DNA of 64,000 nt, from positions 1-64,000 of the IMG/VR virus record IMGVR_UViG_3300042337_000526. The stretch is one strand, 5' to 3'. The translations under genes were made by a program, and so were the position numbers. This document shows, one piece after another, positions 46,472 through 54,268 of the stretch. How positions within the stretch are numbered: position 1 is the first letter of the stretch; the number at the start of each line of letters is the position of its first letter. The notes under the pieces were generated by a model. The model saw nothing but the letters and a program-made list of their open reading frames with translations. It made no database searches and was not told the DNA's origin. This DNA comes from a virus.

Positions 46472-46477
46472 GGTGTA
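46472..46477 (+). promoter_or_regulatory. GGTGTA putative late-promoter motif
   Basis: just after terminator and 20 nt before ATG 46498; the same motif precedes several other genes. Confidence 0.5.
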
Positions 46478-46497
46478 AATCTACTTTAGAGGAAACT

Positions 46498-46812
46498 ATG
46501 GTAGATACTATACGCATACTATTGATCGTATTAATACTATTAAATATAGTATTTTTCTTTTTGGGATACTCTATTGGCCGATTAAATAATAGTCAGGCCA
46601 ATATTGAGAGTCAGCCAGTTTCTTTTTTTGGCAAACAAAAGTTAGTATCTGATGACAAAATAACAAATAAAGTTACTATTGATGAGAGCAAATTTGTAAC
46701 AGATATTAAAACGTCTGGCATGGAGAAAAAATACGAAAATCTTGGTGAAACTAAAATTTCTACTGAAAATATAGAATCTTCAATCAATAAACTAAAAAAT
46801 ATAAAGAGGTAA
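46498..46812 (+). CDS. single-pass membrane protein
   Basis: ATG 46498 after GAGG; TM ILLIVLILLNIVFFFLGYSIG; charged C-terminus. Confidence 0.75.
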   Translation: MVDTIRILLIVLILLNIVFFFLGYSIGRLNNSQANIESQPVSFFGKQKLVSDDKITNKVTIDESKFVTDIKTSGMEKKYENLGETKISTENIESSINKLKNIKR

Positions 46813-46815
46813 ATT

Positions 46816-47817
46816 ATGAGTAAAGGTTTAGATGTTGGAACTAGTTATATTGTTTTATCTCAAGATTCTAAAGATGGCATCGTCTATAAAGATTTTAGGG
46901 ATGCTTTCTATATTATAAAACCAACTACTCCTGTTGCAACCAAAATGATTGAAAAAGGACTATCGGGAAAAGTTTTTGTTAAGGATGCAGACGGATCATT
47001 TTTAATTTTAGGTAAGGATGCCATAGAAAAAGCCATTGAACGTAACGACAACGCTAAAAGACCCATGAGCAAAGGCGTTGTGTCTGCTAAAGAGAAGGAC
47101 GCAAAGCGTGTGCTGGCTTTCATTTTAAAAGAAGTGGCTGGTCAGGCATCAGAACTAAATGAAAAACTGGTATTCTGCGTACCCGCACAGCCTGTTGATC
47201 AAGAAGATGAGGATTTTGACGTTGGATATCATGAAGATGTAGTCAAGGCCATTTTGGGTGAATGTGGATATGATGCTAAAGCCATTAATGAGGCTGAAGC
47301 TTTATGCTATGCTGAATTGGGTGATGAAGATTATACTGGTATTGCCGTATCATGTGGTGCAGGAATGACTAATGTTTGTGTTATGTTGAATGGTGAACCA
47401 ACGGTGGTATTTAGTACAACAAAGTCGGGCGATTGGGTAGATCGTATGAGTGCTGTTGCAACAGGAGAAAAGGATAGTGTTGTTCAAGCCGAAAAAGAAG
47501 GTGGTGGATTTACAATTGGCGAACATAGTGATAATCCTGTTTTATCTGCTGTATCTTCATATTATGAAAGATTAATTGATTATACTACTAAACAATTAAC
47601 AGCAGCATTATCTGATCATAAAGCACTACCAAAATTTAAAAGCCCATTAACCGTTGTTGTTGCTGGTGGAACTTCTCAAGCAAAGGGTTATGTTGAGAAT
47701 TTTACTAAAAAACTATCAGAAAATAATTTTCCTTTACAGGTTAAGGTAGTCAAGCACGCCTCAGACCCCTTACATGCGGTTTCTAAAGGTTGTTTAATAG
47801 CAGCAAAAGTTCTTTAA
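46816..47817 (+). CDS. actin-fold ATPase, volactin-like
   Basis: GLDVGT (phosphate 1), INEAEA (connect 1), SCGAGMTNV (phosphate 2), GDWVD, VAGGTS (adenosine), AVSKG (connect 2). Confidence 0.85.
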   Translation: MSKGLDVGTSYIVLSQDSKDGIVYKDFRDAFYIIKPTTPVATKMIEKGLSGKVFVKDADGSFLILGKDAIEKAIERNDNAKRPMSKGVVSAKEKDAKRVLAFILKEVAGQASELNEKLVFCVPAQPVDQEDEDFDVGYHEDVVKAILGECGYDAKAINEAEALCYAELGDEDYTGIAVSCGAGMTNVCVMLNGEPTVVFSTTKSGDWVDRMSAVATGEKDSVVQAEKEGGGFTIGEHSDNPVLSAVSSYYERLIDYTTKQLTAALSDHKALPKFKSPLTVVVAGGTSQAKGYVENFTKKLSENNFPLQVKVVKHASDPLHAVSKGCLIAAKVL

Positions 47818-47829
47818 GGATTATTTAAA

Positions 47830-48036
47830 ATGATTCCGAATAAAAAAATAAAATCAGATTGTTTTAAATGTACACAAGGACCAACACCAACACCAACAAG
47901 AACTCCTAGACCAACAATTACTCCTAGCAGAACGCCAAAACCAACAATTACTCCTAGTAGAACAAATAGGCTTATTACTCCAACACCAAGTTCTAGCTAT
48001 AATATAAAAATAAAAACTTTAAATTTCATACCATAG
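47830..48036 (+). CDS. short Thr/Pro-rich protein with KIKSDC motif
   Basis: ORF track; shares N-terminal motif with downstream large ORFs. Confidence 0.6.
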   Translation: MIPNKKIKSDCFKCTQGPTPTPTRTPRPTITPSRTPKPTITPSRTNRLITPTPSSSYNIKIKTLNFIP

Positions 48037-48077
48037 GATATGTATGATACTACAATAATCTTTGAGATTTTAATGTT

Positions 48078-49853
48078 ATGAAAATAAAATCAGATTGTTG
48101 TGGTGGAAAATGGGTAGTCAATAAAACACCAACACCAACCCAAACACCCAAACAAACAGTAACACCAAGCATAACAGTTACAGCAACGCCATCGTCAATA
48201 AGCGGTGACACTCCTACTCCAACGCCAAGCATAACAGTTACAGCAACGCCATCATCAACAAGCGGCGACACTCCTACTCCAACGCCAAGCATAACAGTCA
48301 CAGCAACGCCATCGTCAACAAGCGGCGACACTCCTACTCCAACGCCAAGCATAACAGCCACAGCAACGCCATCATCAACAAGCGGTGACACTCCTACTCC
48401 AACGCCAACGATAGGCAGTACTCAAACACCAACCAGAACAACAACCAACACTAACACACCCACCAAAACAATCATAAACACAAAAACGCCAACACCAAGT
48501 GTCACGCCAAGCATTAGTTTAAGCCCTACTGTTACTCCCACTATAACAAACACGCCCACTATAACGGTTAGTATTAGTCCAACAAAGAGTACTACTCCAA
48601 GCGTAACTCCAACGGTCACTACTACGGTAACAAACACCCCAACAGTAACTCCAACCATAACATCGAATTTTGCGCAACCAATAAACATAAAATGCATAAC
48701 CGATATGGGCAAGCAGTGGGGAATAACCTATAATGTAAGAGATTATTCTGTTGTGTATGGGCTAGATTCTGGAGCACAATGGAGAAACATAGCTTCTGAA
48801 GAATATCCTTATTCAATAGTTCAAACAGAAACAACCATAAAAAACTCAATTGATTTTGAAATAAATGAACCATTAATGATATTTGTCGCACAGACCACAA
48901 GTTCTTCTGATGGCATAACTGATAATTACATATTAAAACAAAAAACAATTAATAAAAATAATAAAAACATATTAGTTTTAGATTGTATAGATAAAAATAA
49001 AACACAAATTGAAAAATCAGATAAATTTAATTCTAAATATGCTCCTGCTAATTTTAATGTTTTAGTATATGGTTCTATGTGTGTTGTAGATTGGTCCTAT
49101 CCAATTGAAGCACCTAGTCGATTTGATACACCTAACTTGTATAGGCTGAATATGTCTAGCACAAATGATCTTTCAAAGATAAAACAAATCGACTCGTGGC
49201 TAACTGGAGATTTTGATCTAGAAAATAGTTTTATTATTAAACCGGGTGGTGGAGGTTTGAGCGTTCTTACATCGTTTACTGTTTTTTGTAAAAGGCCTGA
49301 TTATAATCCTAAAGCGTCTTTTATAACTGTGTTTGCAGACTATAATAGGCCTGTTGATTTAAACATACAAGATCCTTGGGATATGAATAATAATAATGGC
49401 AAAATTTGGCCTGCGGGGTCTTATGCTATTATATGGGGCGATAGTTCACCTTATGATACTGTATCAACGATTGCCCCAAAATTGACAACGGCCCCACTTA
49501 CATCGTACGATGGCAGGATTAGGATGGTGTGGAATGGATCATCATACAGAGTTGCTCAAATGATAAACATAAATGGAGTATGTTTAGATAATGATTTTAA
49601 TTATTATAGAATTGGAATGTATAAATATAATGCAAGTACTATGGAATATGATTTTTATAAAGCTGTTAAAATTAGAAAAACAGTATTAAATCAGATTTAT
49701 AGCTATGAATTTGACAACATTCTTAACGGACTTTATAAGGTGTATGTCTTTGCAGACTATAGCGTGGATGATGGTGCGTTTGGTGATAATATTGATCCAT
49801 TTTCAATAACATCTACCATAGCTTCTAATGTTTTTATTTATTCAGTAATATAA
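48078..49853 (+). CDS. Thr/Pro/Ser-rich (mucin-like) putative virion surface protein
   Basis: KIKSDCC N-terminus, about 190-aa T/P tract, beta-rich C-terminus. Confidence 0.75.
   Translation: MKIKSDCCGGKWVVNKTPTPTQTPKQTVTPSITVTATPSSISGDTPTPTPSITVTATPSSTSGDTPTPTPSITVTATPSSTSGDTPTPTPSITATATPSSTSGDTPTPTPTIGSTQTPTRTTTNTNTPTKTIINTKTPTPSVTPSISLSPTVTPTITNTPTITVSISPTKSTTPSVTPTVTTTVTNTPTVTPTITSNFAQPINIKCITDMGKQWGITYNVRDYSVVYGLDSGAQWRNIASEEYPYSIVQTETTIKNSIDFEINEPLMIFVAQTTSSSDGITDNYILKQKTINKNNKNILVLDCIDKNKTQIEKSDKFNSKYAPANFNVLVYGSMCVVDWSYPIEAPSRFDTPNLYRLNMSSTNDLSKIKQIDSWLTGDFDLENSFIIKPGGGGLSVLTSFTVFCKRPDYNPKASFITVFADYNRPVDLNIQDPWDMNNNNGKIWPAGSYAIIWGDSSPYDTVSTIAPKLTTAPLTSYDGRIRMVWNGSSYRVAQMININGVCLDNDFNYYRIGMYKYNASTMEYDFYKAVKIRKTVLNQIYSYEFDNILNGLYKVYVFADYSVDDGAFGDNIDPFSITSTIASNVFIYSVI
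48162..48407 (+). repeat. in-frame tandem repeat, 60 bp x4
   Basis: unit encodes TPSITVTATPSSTSGDTPTP. Confidence 0.9.
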
Positions 49854-49861
49854 GGGCTGGT

Positions 49862-52800
49862 ATGAATAACAAAATTAAATCAAATTGTTGTGACTGTGTA
49901 ATAATTTCTCCAACACCAACACGCACACCAAGACCAACAGCAACACCAACAAAAACCCCAAAACCAACAGTAACTTCAAGTCGAAAACTTAAAGTTCCAA
50001 CTCCAACGCCAACCACTTCGCTGAGAGCAACAGTAACGCCAACAGCCACGCTAGGAGCAACAACAACACCAACAACCACGCTAAGAGCAACAGTAACGCC
50101 AACAGCCACGCTAGGAGCAACAACAACACCAACAACCACGCTAAGAGCAACAGTAACGCCAACAACTACGCTAAGAGCAACAACAACGCCGACAACCACG
50201 CTAGGAGCAACAACAACGCCAACATCAACATTGCAAAGAACAGCAACTCCAACTCTTACGGTCACACCAACAAAAACAACCGAATCATTGACATGTCCAC
50301 CTATAGATTCATGGCCTATGGGTATGGTTGGCTATCAAAGAGAGGCTGGTATGTCCATTGTTGGTTTAACATCTGGAGCAATAAGAACATCGAGCACAAC
50401 AAGAACAGAAGGACAATATCAATGGACATTTATCAAGGCTTTAGGACCTAATCCACAACAAGGAACAATTACTTCCGCAGAATTATTTGTTAATGATGCT
50501 GGCAGTAATAATATTCCGTTCATTATTGGAGAACGCATAACAGTATATACTATGGCTCTAAATATACAGAATCATAACGGAACATACTATTTACATAACT
50601 ATAGAATTATTGATTCGCCAGATGGTCAATTGGGAGAGATAACGGTATCTTGTAGTCAATTAAGTCAAACGACTTTAACACCAACTCCAACAGCCACGCT
50701 ACAGCAAACACCAACTCCAACAGCCACGCTACAGCAAACAGCAACTCCAACAGCCACGCTACAGCAAACACCAACCCCAACTAAAAGATCACAGTCAGGA
50801 GGAGCATTTCCAGCAGCTCCTTCTAATCTTGTTGCTCTGGAGGGTAACCTAGCAATTGACCTTAGTTGGGATGCTCCGGTCAGTATTAGACCAGGAGATA
50901 CAGGATATGCATTCGCACACAGAGTTAAAGGAGCAGCTAATTGGATATACTATGGTTATAACACTTTAAACGAAAGAAGAAAAATTATCACAGGACTAAT
51001 TAACGATACAGAGTATGAGATAAAAGTTGGAACAACTAGTGGCGGACCATTTGATAATGCTGTATGGTCAGTGCCAATATTTGCTACGCCAACAGCACAA
51101 AATATTCCGCCAACTCCGCTTAATCTAATCGCTCTTGAAGGCAACCAAGCAATTGACCTCAGTTGGGATGCTCCGGCAAGCATTAGGCCAGGAGATACAG
51201 GATATGCATTCGCACACAGAGTTAAAGGAGCAGCTAATTGGATATACTATGGTTATAACACTTTAAACGAAAGAAGAAAAATTATCACAGGACTAATTAA
51301 CGATACAGAGTATGAGATAAAAGTTGGAACAACTAGTGGCGGACCATTTGATAATGCTGTATGGTCGTTGTCAATCTTTGCTACGCCTCGTAGCGGAGGT
51401 GGCGGAGGATCATCGCCCATTAACGGTACTCCTAGTAATATAGATTCAATTATTGTTACTGATACATCACGATCATCCGTTATGGTTTCGTGGACGGTTC
51501 CAGTTAGCGCCGGGAGTTCTGAAATAACAGACTATATACTGGAATACAGTAGTAATAATAAAGCCTCATGGACAACCGCAAGTCGTCCAGCTGGAACAAG
51601 CACAAAAGCTGATATTAATTTAGGAAACGCTGTCTACTTTTTTAGAGTAGCAGCGGTAAATAAAGCGGGACGTGGGCAGTATTCGACAACTTCTGATGGT
51701 CATGCTAAGCCCAGCAAAGTTATTATTCCAACCACAAGACTTAATCCCGTAACAAAGATTTTTATGCTTTTACTAGGCAAAACTAACGACCTATATTTAG
51801 ACGATGATACGGTAGGATTTGATGAGCAACAGAGTTTACAACAAGTATTTAGTAATGCAACCCCTTTTGATGCCATGGAGCGACCCGACCGTTGGTTTTA
51901 CACAGATAAAATAACTCTTGGAAATCCCCCACTTAGATCTCTTTGGAGATTAACAGATGGGAAGACTGTAAATAGATTTTTTAGTATTAATGATATTAAG
52001 GTTGGAATGGGAGTTAGCGCAGCAGGTATTCCGTTCGGCACGACCGTTAAAGCTGTTGATATTTATAATAACAGAATTACTCTTAGCAAAGAGCTTCGTA
52101 CAGGATCACCTAATTTGATACTCACCGGTGGCGGAGATCCTAGTCCGGTAATAATTACTCTACCAGAAGCCGAAAGTAATTTTTATCAGAGTATTTATGC
52201 AACTGACACAACGGTATATGCCGGAACGAACACTGGTTTAAAAATATCTACGTTAGATGGACTTGGTTGGAATACTTTCACTACAGTTAATGGTTTAGGA
52301 AATAATGTAGTTAGAGACGTTTATGTTATTGATACTACTATCTATGCGGCAACCAATGGAGGTTTGAGTATCTCAAATGATAATGGATTAAATTGGACTA
52401 ATTTTACTACAGAAAATGGTTTATCTAGTTCTGTTGTGAAAAAAGTTTTTGTTGATAATAATAAAATTTATGTTGCAACAGCTAATGGGATAAGCATCTC
52501 TAACAATAATGGATTAAATTGGACTAATTTTACTACAGCAAATGGTTTGGGTAGCAATGAAATAAGAGATATTCAAATTATAAATAATAAAATTTATGCA
52601 GCAACCACCGCTGGGGTCAGTATATCTAGTAACGATGGATTAACATGGACTAATTCGACTACTTCTAATGGTTTAGGAAGCAATAGTATTCAAAAAATAT
52701 ATTGCGTACAGAATACTATATATGCAGCTACGGACAATGGACTAAGTATTTCTACTAACGATGGTTCAACTTGGGTTAACCGTAATGAATATGATGGATT

Positions 52801-54241
52801 AGCCGGAAATAAAGTTATAAATGTTTATACTAAAAATAATAAGGTTTATGCATTAACTGATAAGGGTTTTTATGATTCCAGTGACTTAGGTAATAATTGG
52901 AGATATGAAGGATTTGGGTTAAGCTATAATTCAATATATAATTCTAAAATTAAAGATTTTAAAGTAATAAGTACAGAAACCAAAGAAATTCCCAGACTCA
53001 CAGTTTATAGAGGTATTTCAACGAACTACAGAGGTCAGGTCGAAATCTCTTATGATACAGGAGCAACTTGGAAATCAACAGTACTAACTGATATCCAAAC
53101 TTTTAAAGTGATTGACAATTCAATTTTTGCAATTACCGATAAGAATTTATTACTTTCAAATGATGGTGGAGAAAGTTTTAATAGTTATTCTACGCCAGGA
53201 ATTTTAAATAGCAATTTATTTGTTGATAAAACAAAAATTTGTATATCATCTTTAAACGGATTGCATATTTCAACAGATAACGGGGTTAGCTTTAGCACTA
53301 AGACAATGAGTGATGGTTTGGGTTCTAATCTAGTACGAGACGTATATGCATCCGGTAATACTATTTATGCCGCTACTAGTAACGGCTTAAGCTTTTCAAT
53401 AAATAATGGTTTGACATTTGATAATATTTTATCTGATAGTAGTAACCCTAATGATTATAGTCTCTCTTCAAATAATATTCGTCGTGTATATTTAGATACT
53501 GTTAGACGCAGACTCTATATTCAGAACGACAAAGGTATACAAGTTAATGATGGTCCATTAGACGAAAATGGAATACCTTTACTAACTCTGGCTCCTCTGC
53601 TTAATGGAAATTTGCAAATAGAACTATTGAGATGGAGTACATTATCCGACGATACAGGAGAGTTATCAAAAAATTATTTTTATTCACAAAAATGGAGAGG
53701 ACCATATGCATTTTCTCCATCAGGATATTTACCGTACAACGGTGTGCTCAGCGGGACGGTCGATTTTCCCAAAGGAAGACCACAGCCTGTGCCTCCGTTA
53801 ATACCTATAATTAGGGCTACAGCAGTTGATCCATTATATCCATTTGATCCCAATAGCCACATTCCTGCAACAGCCGCAAACTATGCTACGGATTATCCTC
53901 CTCCTGTAATGGGTCCGGTTCCTGCTAAGCCGATAATTCCAATAAATGTAAGATGCTATAAACCATCAACAGCACCCTTATCAGCAGAGGTGTTATGGTC
54001 AACTGATAACTTTAATGACGTAAAAAGTTATTTTGTAGAATATAAAAATATAACACTCCAATCTAATTGGACAAGATATTCAAGCAATATTCCAAAATCA
54101 ACTAATGTTGGTATTTCAAGTTCAAGTGAGTCTTCAGTCAGAATACCAATAAACCACCTACATAAGTACATATTTAGAGTTGGAGCAACCAACGCTAAAG
54201 GACAGTCATTCGTCCAAGAGTCAAATATACTTGATCCATAA
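49862..54241 (+). CDS. large putative virion fibre/adhesin: T/P tracts, FN3 domains, Asp-box/BNR propeller
   Basis: KIKSNCC N-terminus; FN3 (P.NL.A..G...I.LSWDAP...Y...V) x2 plus further FN3 modules; repeated S.D.G..W..FT..NGL. Confidence 0.8.
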   Translation: MNNKIKSNCCDCVIISPTPTRTPRPTATPTKTPKPTVTSSRKLKVPTPTPTTSLRATVTPTATLGATTTPTTTLRATVTPTATLGATTTPTTTLRATVTPTTTLRATTTPTTTLGATTTPTSTLQRTATPTLTVTPTKTTESLTCPPIDSWPMGMVGYQREAGMSIVGLTSGAIRTSSTTRTEGQYQWTFIKALGPNPQQGTITSAELFVNDAGSNNIPFIIGERITVYTMALNIQNHNGTYYLHNYRIIDSPDGQLGEITVSCSQLSQTTLTPTPTATLQQTPTPTATLQQTATPTATLQQTPTPTKRSQSGGAFPAAPSNLVALEGNLAIDLSWDAPVSIRPGDTGYAFAHRVKGAANWIYYGYNTLNERRKIITGLINDTEYEIKVGTTSGGPFDNAVWSVPIFATPTAQNIPPTPLNLIALEGNQAIDLSWDAPASIRPGDTGYAFAHRVKGAANWIYYGYNTLNERRKIITGLINDTEYEIKVGTTSGGPFDNAVWSLSIFATPRSGGGGGSSPINGTPSNIDSIIVTDTSRSSVMVSWTVPVSAGSSEITDYILEYSSNNKASWTTASRPAGTSTKADINLGNAVYFFRVAAVNKAGRGQYSTTSDGHAKPSKVIIPTTRLNPVTKIFMLLLGKTNDLYLDDDTVGFDEQQSLQQVFSNATPFDAMERPDRWFYTDKITLGNPPLRSLWRLTDGKTVNRFFSINDIKVGMGVSAAGIPFGTTVKAVDIYNNRITLSKELRTGSPNLILTGGGDPSPVIITLPEAESNFYQSIYATDTTVYAGTNTGLKISTLDGLGWNTFTTVNGLGNNVVRDVYVIDTTIYAATNGGLSISNDNGLNWTNFTTENGLSSSVVKKVFVDNNKIYVATANGISISNNNGLNWTNFTTANGLGSNEIRDIQIINNKIYAATTAGVSISSNDGLTWTNSTTSNGLGSNSIQKIYCVQNTIYAATDNGLSISTNDGSTWVNRNEYDGLAGNKVINVYTKNNKVYALTDKGFYDSSDLGNNWRYEGFGLSYNSIYNSKIKDFKVISTETKEIPRLTVYRGISTNYRGQVEISYDTGATWKSTVLTDIQTFKVIDNSIFAITDKNLLLSNDGGESFNSYSTPGILNSNLFVDKTKICISSLNGLHISTDNGVSFSTKTMSDGLGSNLVRDVYASGNTIYAATSNGLSFSINNGLTFDNILSDSSNPNDYSLSSNNIRRVYLDTVRRRLYIQNDKGIQVNDGPLDENGIPLLTLAPLLNGNLQIELLRWSTLSDDTGELSKNYFYSQKWRGPYAFSPSGYLPYNGVLSGTVDFPKGRPQPVPPLIPIIRATAVDPLYPFDPNSHIPATAANYATDYPPPVMGPVPAKPIIPINVRCYKPSTAPLSAEVLWSTDNFNDVKSYFVEYKNITLQSNWTRYSSNIPKSTNVGISSSSESSVRIPINHLHKYIFRVGATNAKGQSFVQESNILDP
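50021..50226 (+). repeat. in-frame tandem repeat, 30/60 bp units
   Basis: alternating LRATVTPTAT / LGATTTPTTT. Confidence 0.85.
50681..50780 (+). repeat. in-frame tandem repeat, 30 bp x3
   Basis: CCAACTCCAACAGCCACGCTACAGCAAACA (PTPTATLQQT). Confidence 0.85.
50891..51366 (+). repeat. FN3 duplication, 297-bp period with 179-bp identical core
   Basis: 50891-51069 equals 51188-51366. Confidence 0.9.
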
Positions 54242-54268
54242 AATATATTTTTAAATTAGGACGATCTG

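Noticed and set aside
48162-48407. Regular 60-bp repeats as a CRISPR array
   Set aside because: Units are near-identical end to end with no unique spacers, are in frame in a T/P-rich ORF, and no cas genes are present
50891-51366. Duplicated FN3 segment as a DGR template/variable repeat pair
   Set aside because: Mismatches are not adenine-specific, both copies are in frame in one gene, and no reverse transcriptase is in the window
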